DNA of 64,000 nucleotides from Phoronis australis (lineage: Eukaryota > Animalia > Phoronida), in NCBI GenBank assembly GCA_002633005.1, contig NMRA01000175.1, positions 594,734 through 658,733 on the forward strand, in the 5' to 3' direction. A model generated the notes under the pieces. The model was given only the letters and a program-made list of their open reading frames with translations. It had not been told where the DNA came from and searched no databases. Within the stretch, counting starts at the first letter, position 1. The number at the start of each line of letters is the position of its first letter. Below are positions 37,765 through 51,626 of the stretch, piece by piece. A program made the position numbers and the translations under genes.

Positions 37765-40700
37765 TCACTCCAGAGTGTCTGTCACTAAAATGAGAAAAAT
37801 ATTTGTCAATGAATTCAATCCATCGTGATCTAATCAAACTGGGACAACACAAATATGTAAAAAAGCTTAAAGCTGCTTTTCAAGAACTACAAAAATACAA
37901 CTCAAGTTTTGTCTTAGTAAAAATGGGTTGTGTTTATGTCTTGGTTATCTCCTGCCATCACTTAATATTGGCTACTGAATAAATAGCTCTTGAAAAGTTG
38001 GCAACTCCACTTAAAAGTGAAGGAAAACAATCTATGAAAAGCTATCTCTAACATGCCCAAACATTCCAAGATATCAAATTAGTAACAAGACTACAGTATC
38101 CTATTTTTTGGCTGGATTAATGCAATTTAATGATTCCACAAGTTCAAGAAACTGGCACAGACTTAGATTTTACAGGACTTCATACCAACCCATATGCATT
38201 TTTCCTGTCCACAGTTTTAACAATCAAATGCTTAAATACTTATAAAGCCATTCTACAACATTACCAGTCATAGATTATTAGTTTAAAATATGCACAGCTC
38301 ACACTCTTGCAAAAGTTGATGTTGGACTCTCAACAGCCCATGAGAACAGTATACTCATAACACTAGTGCACCCTGGTGGTACTGTTTATATCTGGTTAAT
38401 TAAACCTGAAAATACAAGCTTGCAGTTTGAGAACAAGTTAGAATATACCTCGAACAAAAAATAATAAAAGTGTATCTTATCAAATCCCGACGGTGCAAAA
38501 TGTCCCTCAGTTACTAAATACAATAGGTCGCCAATGCCTTTACAAAGAATCTAGTAATTAAATGAAATAATTTATGGTACCACCAGGAATGAGTATGCAA
38601 GAGGAGGTATGCATCTTTTAAGCTATAACCAAAGCTGTAGACGGACATTAAATGTGAGGTTTTACAATTCACATCAGGCATTATTACTGCTTTCACACTG
38701 TCCTGATGCAGTCACAGAAAGTTTGTTCAGTAAAGACGCTCGTATTTTAAAGCTCAACAGATGCTTCATTTGAGAAAAACTTGCACCTCTTCGAGCCTTG
38801 TTCAGAAGTTTGCTGGTGTTAATGAGATTCAAGGGAAGTAAATTGATTTTTTTTGAAAATCACAAGACACTGTGTCACACAAAAGTAGAAGCAGAATTTC
38901 ATTTTTTAAAAATCCTCAATCAAAGATAAAATTATAATTAAAAAATTATTGGTAGAAGTATGTTTCAAAGTGTTTAGCAGTTAAAACAATGCTTTGTCAA
39001 ATTTTGACCATTAGGAACACAGCTATAGTTAGATTACAAAAAACAAACTCGGATAATTTTTGCAAATATTTTACTTTTGACTCTGCTGCTGTACAAATAC
39101 CTAAAACGAGCACAAAATGGCATCATAGTCTCAGTGTAAAGGGCATGGACTGAGTACATTTCATTTCACTTAAAACCAGGGCTCATAGAATCTCCAAACT
39201 TGAACTTAAAGACCAAACTGTTTTTGAATTTTTTCCATTCTACTAACAGTGCAAACTTCAGATAAGTGTTAATAATTGCATACTCCAGTTCAACCTCAAG
39301 ATTAAGTTCAGATTTGAAATTGGGTCATCAAGTGCAAACAAGGACTAGGTATCCATCCATATAAGCAATATGTACTCAAGCACAGAATGAAAAACACTTA
39401 TCTTCAGTCCATACTAAAGTAGAATGGAAGATGTTAAACAAATGTGGAGTGCTGTTTGGGTTCAGAGATAAGAGCCTGGATCTGTTGGGCACAGAAGTGT
39501 GAAAGCAGCAATATGCAAATAATGCAGTCTTGTGGTACACAGTGTCACACTTACACAACAGACAGGTGAATACAACCACCTAAACACAAGTTTGCACTTT
39601 TGTTGTATTAAGGTGCATGTTGAATGCTATGCATACATAAAAATAGAGCCAGCAATGACTGTTGATAATGGTGATTATGATACCAGTAACAATGATGATA
39701 CAGGTGGTGATGGTGTTATATGATTGTGGTGACGACGACAACAAAAACAACGATGACAGTGTTGCATGAAGATGATGACGATGACAATAATGGAGGTGAT
39801 GATGATTATGATAAAGCTGGACAATGATCCACTGAGCCAACATAATGTAAGCTTGAAGTATTTAGTTGTGTGCAAGTCTTTCCTGATCCATTACATTCTG
39901 CCACATGAATGAAATTTCATAGAACTAATCATAAGTAATTAAAGTTAGCCCTGTATGATGATAAAGATTTTGGCAATTTAGTATTATTAAGCGATCATCT
40001 CCAATATTAAACCAAAATGGTACATTGCATGATGTAACTGGGCTCCGTATAGCTTCCAGAAACCAGATAGTGAACAGTATGATTTAAGTGACTGGAACAG
40101 CAAACAAATATCTTGGACAGCAGCTCAACAACAATAAGCCAAGCACTCAACAACAGCGATCATGTCTTACAAGCACCTTTTTAGTGACTTCCACATAATT
40201 ACCTAAAAGCGTTATCGGTATGGAAGGTTAAAACTGACAGTGTAAACTCTCAAGCAACTCTTCATATTTAGAGGTATTTCAGTGACACTCCCAGTCGTAA
40301 TCACATGAAAAGCATTGTAAGTAATGGGAAGACAAGACGATCACATATGGACTGTACAGCCATTTACAATTCAATCGGAGCTGAAAATTGTGACTGCTCA
40401 ATTTTTGACAACTATGTATTAGGTCCACAGCTAAATTTAATGCAGTACAAACAATAAAATCCCATTTTCAGCAAGTCTGAATTTTTTCCAAACAAATTTA
40501 AACAGGCATCAAAGTACATGAGGGAAAGTTCTCTCCGTATAACAGTGCAACAGCAACAATAGATCCAATATTTCGTCTGTAGAAGCATTCTCAGAAGCAA
40601 TTGTAGGGCATAATTGTTATGAAATAAAGGCAATTAAATATGCAATTTGGACAAAACCAGTAAGCTTTAATTTTCGAGCAGTGAAAAACTTTGAGAAATT

Positions 40701-43700
40701 TAAAGGAGAAAGGGCATCTAAGCACAGAATGATTTAAGCATTAAATAAGCAAAGCAAGTTATTTTTCAGTCAATGGCTATCGACAGAAAACCAATCACGG
40801 CTTAATCTTGACAATGATCCGTTAACAGCAAACAACGTAAGACACTTCAGTACTGTCTGTTGGAAAAAGTTAATGGGAGCGGGGGAAACCAGTGTCACAC
40901 TGAAATATTAGTTAAGTCGACAGAGCCCTCTGTTGGCAACTCTGAATACCTCAGCTTAGTCTTCATTTGTTTGGGGTAGAGCTGAAAGTTTCACATTCAA
41001 AACAGTTCAATTCCAGAATATCAACTGGATGGGCCAACCTGTCATTTCTATGTTCTCTTATTCATATGTTATACTTGTCAAATTGTAGTCATGGTTATAA
41101 AATTATCAACTAGCTATATGTACTAAGTAAGAAGAAGTATAAGTCAAACCTGTAGTTATTTTGCTTACTATAGGAAACAAGTGAATAATTTGTTTGTGGG
41201 ATCGTCAGTACTACTCAAAATATTTGCTACAAAGGTTCAGGTGCACAATGAAATCATATGAACGATGTGACTATGAATTATGTCGTGACTATCATAGATC
41301 TTGCACATTCTCATGAGAACACCGAGGGGTCAAACCATTGTCTCTTTCTATGACCTGACAGACGGAATAATAAATAATCTTTTCTCAATCAAATGAATGT
41401 TGAAACTGCAAATCCAAGGTATACCTGTCTCAAGTCTAAAAGCCCAAAACATAGTGGGCAAACTTAATACGAACTAATTGACTGATAAAGGCCGTACTAA
41501 AAGTCACAAAGGCACATTAACCTTTTAGTTAATACCATGGGATTTGTAAGCCGTAGAATACCTACTGGTGGCTATTCACAGAGAATGTGCAAGAGACTAA
41601 ATTATTCAACCAATCCCTGGCTAATGTGCAATTATGGAACACTTTTATTTACTTCACTCAAGACCATAGTCGCCTGGGTCAATTTTCTTTGCTTCAACTG
41701 TTGAATAATGTTAAACATGAACAATGTTTGAAATAAACACCACATACATTAAACCCAGAGAAAATTGAACTGTGATACAGTTTAAACTGACCTAAAACAT
41801 AAGATGCCATTGTAATCCCAAATATTTTCATAATCAAGAATATACAATTCAATGATATGTAGCTCACACAATCAGACACTCTTAGTCTCCTTTCTTCTGA
41901 TGTGCAGGAATGAAGTAACAAACCAAGAGACATAACAAAAAGTCTACTTGTATATTTAACGAAGTTTGTGTAAACGAAGGGCTACTACCGAATATAGTAA
42001 AAAAATGCAACTTACTGTAACAGATTGGAGCAATTAACAACAGGTTAAGTTCAAATAGTCTTCAAATTTTATTCCAAAAATAGTTTAAAAAATAAAATAC
42101 ATTAAATTTCTGACAACAAAAAGCTTTTTTTGCTAAAGGATTAGGCACAACATGTTTTATAAAAAAACGATATCCCTTTGGTAATTAAAACGGCAACAGT
42201 CATTCCAGTTTCATCTGATAGTGAAATAGATGTCAATATGTGATACTTACATCCTGGAATGTTGACTTTGTTGGATACCAGCACATCGGCCTCCACAGAG
42301 GTCATATTGACATAAAGTCCTTCCGCGTTATTCTGAAACACAACATCAAGGTAGCATTTATGCAACTGCAGCAAAAACAATGAAATGTCTAACAGCATAT
42401 AGCATTAGATGCCAAAAAGAATCGCACAATCAACCATTTGCATATAGACAAATATAAATAGTTTTTTTAATTGAATCAGAATAGTCAAAATATTTACAGA
42501 ATGGCAAAAAAGAGATTTCTTTGCAACAAGAAGACCAGAAATACAAACCATGTAGTACAATATTGTGGAGGAGACTGCTTCATCCAACTTTAATCATGGT
42601 TTGCAGTTTCAGGTATTTAGTCTACCACTGACAAGGTTTTCCCTCCAATGTCAATGGATTACCCATCCTCTCCCATTGCCATCACCTACCGTAGTGTACA
42701 TGGCATAAAAATCACCCGAATCCTGTAGATCCTATGAATTCTTTCCCTCCAGCTAAATGGGAAAGACCCATAAAGAGATTTTTTCCTAAAGCACAAAACT
42801 GAAATTCATGTCGTAGATTTTTTCTTTTCAATGCCACATTTTCCACAGGGAAGTGAGTCATAATTGCAAGTTTTACAAAGCAGACAATAGACCAAAGTTG
42901 GTCTTACCATGAATGAGTCATACAGCGCCTCTCCCAGTGCTTCTCTCACGTGATCATCAACTATGGGGAATGTACGGCAGAGATACTAAAATGAAACGCA
43001 GAGTTTATGACGTGTATGTCGGAATGTGAACAAAGAATGAAATGAATAAAAAAAGAAAAAATGATTCATAATGAACTTAAGGCAACTATAAGCCCGAGTT
43101 TCATCCAAGAAGGAAATTTTTGATTTAGTAAACTATTGCTACTTGTTCCTTACTCAACTGAGGAGTGATTTTTGGGTTTGCAGAGAACTGGAAATTTTTA
43201 CTTATTGAGACCATGCTCGGCGGAGAAGAGACGCAATGAAAAGCCAAATTTTAGGGCTATATCTAGAGTAATAATGACTTGTCTATTCATTCAAAGTCCT
43301 GAAATCATCAAATCTTCAATTTGACTAAGGAACACTTTGAGACTAATTTCACAACATTAAGAAGTTTAAAACAAAGAAGATTTTTGTGATAGAGGGCTGG
43401 TTCACAATGCTCCTAAGAACGCTTAAAAATTCTGCAAAATTTTTAGATTTCATGATCTCATATTCTCTGTGTGACTTCGACCTATGACCCCACTCACCTC
43501 CACCGTAATACAAGCTTGTCTCTGACTGTCAGCGTAGTCCTGGTTACCCATAGTGTACAGCAAGTTATAGACAACTCGGTTCTGGATCAGCTTCTCAGCG
43601 AGTTCAGTTGACTCTCTTGACAATATCCTGTAATAACACTAAACAGTTAAGTGAAGGAGATATTGACACCAAATATGCTTCATACAAGACAAGCTAATGT

Positions 43701-46700
43701 TTTATGTGAGGGGAACTACATAACCATGGGATAGAGTTGAGGTCTGTTAACCTGAAGAAGAGAGGAAATCCCAAGATCTGACAATACTATTATGAGCTGG
43801 CAATAAACCCACGCTTCCTGTCAAAAACCAACTTTTGATTTAGGCCACTTACTGTTAGGAAATTGATATTGTCTTGTTTGTTAACCAGTTTAGAAGGGGT
43901 TTCTGGCCTCAGGAAGAACTGATATGTCATTATATTTATGGGACAAACTCATGATGTGACCTAATATTTTATAAGTTTGGTGTAAAGTAATGATAAACTG
44001 ACAGTTCTTTCCAAGCTCAGGTATCACACTAAGAACAGCAATTTGAGACCAATTTCATAAAAGTTACTCACTAACTAAGGGACCTGAACTAGAACTTGTT
44101 TTTTGACAGAAAGCATAGGTTTAATGCCACTTTTCATGATTGATTTGCATTAAAAAGTTTTTTGATACTGAGTAGGATGCATCTATAATCTGGTGCAATA
44201 ACATTGTGAAGTTGGAGTAACTGAGAAGCTTAATATGTGACTATTCAGTAAAACTTGCATTCAACAGAGAAAGGCAAAATCCATCTTCTGTGAGGGACTA
44301 AGAGCGAAAACCAGTACACCCCTTCCCTGTACCACTGGAATTTGTGTGTTGTAAGCCAAAATGGAACAAATTTTACAACTCATTTGAACGTGAGATGGAA
44401 CCTCTCCCAGAGATGAGAGTACATAGCCTCTTACCCGACAGTTTTAGCAGCTGCTGCCTGCTGTACAAAAACTGGTAATGGAGCACCGATCTTTGGTACA
44501 TCAGGGTCTGAAATTAAATCATCAAGGTTCACAATTCTGTGTTTAGCTGAAGACAAGTATAAACTGATAGCGGCACTGGAGGTCCAGACAACAAACCTCA
44601 ATATTCAATAATTTCGAATTATGTTTCAGCACAAAATTAATTCACACAGTTTATGGCATCTTCAGTTTGTACTGGATAGTTTGAAGAGGTATCAAAACAA
44701 AAAGAAAACTGAGTGGCTACCAAACATTTTTGACTAGAATATTACCATCCAGAATCTCAGGTTTTTTAATCATGTCTTCTTTCGCAGGTCGCAGAAGTCG
44801 CACCAGGCCTTTCAGAATTTCATCTTGTATTGGATATTTCATCAAGTCTTTGATGAGCTCAATAGCTGAAAAATTAATTTTAATTACATGACTGTCTTCA
44901 ACTACAATTATCACAAGTGGATTAAATTAAGCAACTAATGAGTGGACATGCATAATAACTAAATATCTACACAATTACAAGCCACATAATTGTGAATGTA
45001 GAAGGCGTGCAGAAATTATATTTAGGATAAAAGTTAAGTAAATTCTCATTGTGTTTTCATTTTAAGCAACTTTGCTATTTTTTCTTAAAAATCCCAAAGG
45101 TTTTACTTGGTTTTATGTAAAAGGAAAACTTTAAAAACAACTATCATTTTGGAGAAATACTTTCATGTAAATCTGATCAACCACTTATGAGATGCGATAT
45201 TCTGAAATAGACTGACATTTTCCTAGGGTTACACATAACCTTAATTCGATTTTGCATGTTATTCTAAAAAAATACAAGAAAATAGAACAAAACCCACCTT
45301 CAAACTGTACTTCCAGATGCAATGTTCTCAGAAGGTTCAATAATGGCTCAACAATGGTAGGATTCACTTGACCAACAATAGGCTGAAATGGAACCATATT
45401 AACCAACTAGTAAGCTGTTGGAGTTGCGGAATTAAGACAGAGTGATTGGCATTATTATACGACAGTCCAGTTAGAAGCCATGGCTTAATCTTTTCTCCTT
45501 GCCAACAGGATACACATTGCTTGTCATGGCCATCTCACTAAACACTTTAAGAATGTACTTATTACCTTGTAACATCTGAGATAATAGCTTTTATCAGTTT
45601 AATAAAATCTGTAATTTCATGTTCAAGACATTTAATCAGCTTGACAGGTAGGTGACAACATGTTCACTGAATGTAACATCTACTTGTTTTTAGCACAGAA
45701 ATTTTTCATTACCATCTGAAAACTACAAATACATACTATAGTAAATTTTGAACAACCACATTAAGAATCCGAAACTTTCACGAGTGTCACAAACATGAGG
45801 TGTTGACTGCCAAGCTTTTCAGAATATGATATTGACAAGTGGCAGTTAATACAAACCTGTACAACTCGAAGGCTCTGTGCTGCCATCTGCTGGGCTTTAG
45901 GAGAAGTAGCGGGAAGGAGTGCAATCAGACCTTTGTAAACTTGAACTTCGAACTTTGGGTTTCCTTGAGCTAAAGCTAGGAGCAAGACTTTGGCTTGTTC
46001 TTGGGTCTCCTCAGATTTAGATTTTGCTAGACACTCGGCAATGGCACGAATACCTAAACAGACACATTGGGATATAATCTCATTAGCAGTGAATGCAATG
46101 AACGCAAAGAGTGACATAATACCTTCCAAATAGCATTAAAATGATAGTGAATCTAAAATAAGATATAATTGGCAATGTAAGAATTCAAGAAATACATTAA
46201 ATGATTAGGAAACTTGAACTAATCAACTGTAAGCTGAATCCTGTTTTGACAGAATAATTTGTACAAGACTAAAAACCAGGTTTTAAAACATCAGGGATCA
46301 CCAAGTTCAAAACTGTCGGTGATTAATTCCATCAGTGTTTACCCATGCATGCATGCATTATGGACTACACCAAGTATAGTACGCTGGTGGTGCAGTTGTA
46401 CATAACCATACCCGCTAGGCTGAGGGCAACAGGTGTCACTCAGATACAGGTTTGGATCCAAGATCAAGGTCAAAGCGAGACCTGGCAAGTGACTGGCAAA
46501 GGGGTGCATTTCACATTAGTTACCTTCATTACAGCCATATACATACAGTGTAGGAGGCTTATCTATGGGTGTCCAGATGCCCTGGAAATATGCCTCGGTA
46601 TGATTTTCATAAACTTCAGCATTAATAAATTGTGTGACAGTCAATTACCATAGCTTTCACAGATCAGCTCTTTATATTTCCTGCCAGCCTCTGCAACACA

Positions 46701-49700
46701 CTGTAGTAATCTTAATGCTTGTTCCTTGTTTTCTTCTTTGGCTTGTTTCAGGCCAATTATCTCCAGTGTCGTGAGTATTCCTCCAACTTCAAGAAACTCT
46801 GCTAGAAACTTGTGTCTGTAATTCAACATCAACCCAAATGACTAAAAACAACAATGAAAACAATACCTGATTTCAATGCATATATCTTAAGCACTGGTCA
46901 TACAAATCAGTCCCTGATTTTGGCTATAGTTTTTAAATGGAGTCAAATTTGGCACTTCTGAAATATTGTTAGCAAATTAAGGCAATGCGTTAATTGTACA
47001 CGGAATGTGACTAAGTCATGAATCTAGATGCCCTGTAGACATCTTTACTGCCACACACAAAATCCAAAGGAAGGTCAAGTCACAATAAGTGCACAGCACA
47101 AATTATACAACTGTGAAGTTTTGAAAATTTGTGAAAAAATCTGCGCACTCAAAACTAAGAAAGATCAAAATAAATTCATTTGGATCAATTGTCAGACCAA
47201 TGCTTTGCTTAATTCACTTTGGTTCAAATCTGTATATACCCGGTAAATATAAAAAGTGGACAAAACAAAATCTTGCACAAAGTTGGTGTCAATAAAACTT
47301 CTCCTCCTTGCAAAAAGAATGTTGTTTGTTCATTATTCTGTACTCGTGTTTGTGGAGTGATCATGTGTGTCAACTTTGAGCATTATGAAACTGAGCGCTA
47401 TTTGTTGGTCAATCTCTGTTTTTGCCAATTCCTCAACCACTGTTCTTTATTCACAAGATTCTTCACAATTCATAAGAAATTACAGATGTAGTTGCACTGT
47501 TAGTAATTTTGAGTAATTTACTACCAGTGAACTAACACTCTGATGAACAGAAACTTTATTTGATAGGTGAATTTGTAATCATCTCTCAAAATGTATCACT
47601 TCAAAAAATCAAGCACAAAGCACATGCGTGTGTTATAAGTGTAGTTTTGAAATCATCGGCTGATTTTTCATTGATAACATAAGTGGGCAAGAGACAGAAA
47701 ATGACGTTCATTAGATTGTGTTTCTTTTAAACGGTCATAATGGACAAAGTAGCTGTTGTCATTTGAGCATCTGTTACAAAAACATTTTTTCCCATGCCAG
47801 TAAGGCCTGTGGGTGGCTGTGCGAAACTTATATGCAAACCACCTAGGTAAAAAGGTCGAAAAAAGGGCAGCATTTTCGATATAGGCCCATGACCCTATCG
47901 GCACTAGTCGGATATAATGGACCCTAACTTATTCCAAATAAATCCACTAAATGTGGGTCTAAATGAATGATTTTGATATCGTTGCATTCCTCAGACATCT
48001 GGCTATCCGTACATATCCACCTTACAACCCTCAATTACTCCGTTCTATAACTACGCTATTCCGAACTCGGTCCACTTTAGCCACGCGCATTGTAAAATCG
48101 GCAGCNGCAGTTGAGGCAATACAAACTTTACCACAATTTTTGAAAATACACCAAGGAACTCTGAAGACAGAGAGGTAAACGTAAAAATTTGCCATTAGGA
48201 TGCACAGCGGTAGTCAAAACGATTGTGCCTATATGCAAATTAATACACGGATCTCTACAGGAGACATTACCTGAGCTTATATGCCAACTTAATTAGGTGC
48301 AAGCGCCAATATTCTAACCACTTTGGTAAAAAAGGCTGCGAAAACTATTTCGGTTATAGGCCAATGGGCCTACAGGCGCAGCAATACAGTACGCACGGTT
48401 GGACGTGCTTGATTTTGATGTAAATTTTGCTCTGAGAGGACCGCGAACAGAATACAAGACAAGGTAGGCCTATGGCATTCAGTCACTATACATAGCTAGC
48501 TAGGTAGGTAACACGTAGCCCCTCGGCTGGCTACATACATCGGTTTCTGTACTAATCTAAACACGCGTACTTTAAATGAGTGATAGCCAAAATACGGTCA
48601 CCAAATAAGTAGTTTTCATCTCGCCAAGAATACATTTTACACTAAAAATTGTCTCTCAAAAAAGCGCTTACTTTCTCCAGCGATCCTTTCTGGTTCATTA
48701 ACCTTGATGAACCATGTCTATGGGAGTTAATGTGAATTTGGCAAAGAATTCCAAATCCACTTTTTTGTTGGTCTTAAATTTTTTATGTGCTTGATTACCA
48801 AAAAGTATTTCAATTGATGTCATGCGAGTTAGGCGACAACAAGCCTGAGATTGAGTGAAGCGTGTGAAACTTGCAAAAAGTAGCATGGGATAATACCCGG
48901 GGAAATTTGCAAGCTTGTGTCCCTTGGACTTTTGTGAAGGTCAGCAAGTGGGATTTTGAGGAACTTCAGCAAAATGGCACCTGTCGAGTGAACCGTGACA
49001 GACTTTTTTTACAGTAGTCACTTTGATTTGCCACGGTTTCATAATAATGTAGTAATAGCCGAGATTACCCGTCCCGGGGATCGAACCAGTGACCCCATAA
49101 AACCGGCAAGCATCCTAACCATTCAGCTAATAGGCAATTGCCCGTTAGCGAGTAGCTAACAGAGGCCTATATGATTCACCGGAAGTACATATACACATTC
49201 CACCCTTTCCTACGGAACGGGCACGCCACCAGGAAGGTGAACACCAGGATGTCTCGCATACAGGTTATCAACGTCCCTTGGTACCTTTACCACCACAACA
49301 CAGGTGAATACAAGGTAGTCTCTCATACAGGTCCTTGACTCCTGGAACCTTCCATGTGCGCCGTCCCGAGGTCCGCGGGTACTAGTTAGCAGTACTTCAT
49401 CGGTAGATCATACTGTGCCATTTGTAGTAATAGCCGAGATCACCCGACTCGGGGATCGAACCCGCGACCCCCATAAAACCGGCAAGCGTGCTAACCATTC
49501 AGCTAATAGGCAATTGCCCGTTAGCGAGTAGCTAACAGAGGCTCATATAATTCACCGGAAGCACATCTACAACAGCTAACAGACGCCCATATGATTCACC
49601 GGAAGCACATCTACAACAATAATAAAATCAATAGACAGTGACCAGCGATATTTGCTTATTTTACTAAACAAGCACTCACCCACTAGATGCCATTAAAAAT

Positions 49701-49954
49701 ATCTTTATTGCTCTCAGCTGTTCATTCAGTGCAGTTCCCAACATATACGTTAAACGTAACCAGGCAGTCAATCGAGTAAGAAACAAACTTGCAGCTTGTG
49801 CAAACTCTTCCTCTAGTTCAGGTCCAGTTTTGTTTTGATTCTGTGTGATAAAATCTTCTAAAATTTGTCTTCTCATGGATTTTGAACCTTTATCCCACTC
49901 CTGGAGCAAGTTCATAATTCTGGAAATTTGACTTTGTTGCTTAGCAGAACCCAT
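37765..49954 (-). CDS. ARMH1: Armadillo-like helical domain-containing protein 1 (C1orf228)
   Basis: Exons (minus): 49954-49680, 46815-46649, 46053-45857, 45382-45298, 44865-44746, 44507-44435, 43627-43498, 42985-42908, 42332-42251, and a tentative last exon 37784-37765. All are GT-AG and in phase. LQEWD..KTGPELEEEFAQAASLFLTRLT, EFLEVGGILTTLEI, YKELICESYGIRAIAE.LAKSKSEETQE and GNPKF..QVYKGLIALLP match ARMH1 as I recall it. The terminal exon is uncertain. Confidence 0.88.
39655..39830. repeat. Degenerate (GAT/GAC/GGT)n trinucleotide microsatellite
   Basis: Low-complexity GATGATGACGATGACAAT-type run. Confidence 0.75.
49048..49571 (-). mobile_element. Miniature non-autonomous LTR retrotransposon (TRIM) with tRNA-like sequence inside both LTRs
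   Basis: Direct repeats 49048-49195 and 49423-49571 are each bounded by TGTA...TACA, with a 227-bp internal region. On the minus strand, a PBS-like AA-TGGCACAGT follows the 5' LTR and purine-rich GGAAAGGGTGGAATG precedes the 3' LTR. The LTR contains A box TAGCTGAATGG and B box GGTTCGATCC. Confidence 0.8.
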
Positions 49955-50472
49955 TTTCGCCTAGTCAGGTGGAGTTTGGAATGAAAACAAATTATGGGCG
50001 ATGAAATCCAACTATCTTTTGCTTCTTTTAACACTACTTTCAGGTCGCAATTACGAGGTAAACGCAGTATAAAATCACGTTTTGCGGTTTGTTTTCATGT
50101 TGCCAACCTCTTGGTCTCCATCTTGAAATATTGAACGTATATGCCCCCTAAAACCTACACCCATTGGTCCACTCATTGTTGCTTGGCCAATGAACAATTG
50201 CTTTATATTTTTGTTTTCATTTGATCTTCAAAACCCTTATGGCAGGAAATGGATTTGTTAAGTTTTGATAAAATTAGTTTCTTACTAAACAGAAACAAGA
50301 TAATTTTCACACTTAATCATATTTTTATTTCATATACAATTATTTTCTTTGTTAATATTGGAAATTTCCTGAAATATAAATTAAAGAACTTTTGTTATTC
50401 GCACTCACCTACTACTGAAAGCTCTCCCTATATTAAATTTCGATCCCTGAAATCTGACGTTCAGCGGTGAAA
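49955..50472. promoter_or_regulatory. Putative bidirectional promoter/5' UTR region shared by ARMH1 and TMEM53
   Basis: Only 518 bp separate the divergent ATGs. Oppositely oriented CCAAT boxes are present (ATTGG ~50163, CCAAT ~50187), plus a YY1-like CCATCTT at ~50118. Confidence 0.6.
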
Positions 50473-51626
50473 ATGGCCGAGGACGACTTGGATTACCACG
50501 TCTGTTTCCCTTCTCCTGATCCACCATCGGGGGACGAGTTGTATAACGACTTTGCAACAGTGCAAGACGACACAAGGAACCCAGTGATTATTCTTCTTGG
50601 GTGGACCGGGTGTGACGATAATCAGTTGTGGAAATATAGTTCAATTTATGAAAAGAAAGGGTCAGTACTTGTTGTACAACTACAAGGTGTACTAGTACTA
50701 GCTAGTGGTACACTACTCGTTGCCATTAGTTGATAATGGTTGAATTTCATACAGAGCAGGAGATGTGTTAGTGTTTGCAAGCTACTAATCTAGGAAGTCA
50801 ATTTTATTGAATTTGTGGAGAGTTACTAAAGAATTGTGTCGTCAAAGTGCAAGCTGTGCATGAGTGTGACTGGCTACATTTGCTGTATTAATTATTATTA
50901 TTATGCGAATATTTCTATGTCTAGATTCTCTTGTTTATAATGGCATCATTTCAAGTACTATTTCTTTATTTCAGATATATAACTATCCGATACACCACAC
51001 CAACCAATGATGTGTTGTCAACGCCAGCCCAGTTGAGAAAGAAAGCCATCAAGGTTCTTGAACTTCTGTTCGACCTTAATCTCGAGGACAACCCTCTGTT
51101 TTTCCATGTCTTTAGTAATGGTGGTGGACAGCTATATCACTGTATTGTGGAACTACTGTTGACAAGAAAAGAAAACAGAATGCTACAAGTCCACGGGACT
51201 ATATTTGACAGTTGTCCATCAAAAAATCAGTTGCGTGTTGCAGGAGATGTCCTTATGCATGGATATGACGCAGGATTTTGTAGAGTTTTGGCGTCATTTG
51301 TGATCAGCCTCTTTCTCAGTTGTTGGTTTGTTTTCCACTATGTCTGGTGTTTGTTTTCCAAGAATAAAACGTGGAATATCCAACTGTGGGACTCCATTAG
51401 GGATCACCATTCGCGGTGGCCCCAACTGTTTCTGTATTCCAAGAAAGACAAATTAGTGAAGTATAGTGATATTGATGAGCTGGTAAAGTGCCGCACATCC
51501 CTTGGAGTGGATGTGAGCGCCACCTGTTGGGAGGATTCTGCCCATGTACAACATCTACAGGCTCACGTAGAATCGTACACTCAGCAGTGTTTAAGTTTTG
51601 TAGACGACTGTACACCTAAATACTGA
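50473..51626 (+). CDS. TMEM53: Transmembrane protein 53 (DUF829 alpha/beta-hydrolase-like); 2 exons 50473-50660 and 50975-51626
   Basis: Motifs PVIILLGWTGC.D..L.KYSSIY, FFHVFSNGG, GTIFDSCP, RWPQLFLYSKKD and WEDSAHVQHL are present. There is one phase-2 GT-AG intron. Confidence 0.92.

Noticed and set aside
39532-39875. His/Ile/Asp-rich short ORFs
   Set aside because: These are translations of a degenerate trinucleotide microsatellite.
49070-49135. Bona fide tRNA genes (also ~49445-49510, 27783-27850 and 58535-58600)
   Set aside because: A and B boxes are present but I could not form a convincing acceptor or anticodon stem, and the sequences are embedded in repeats. tRNAscan-SE would settle this.
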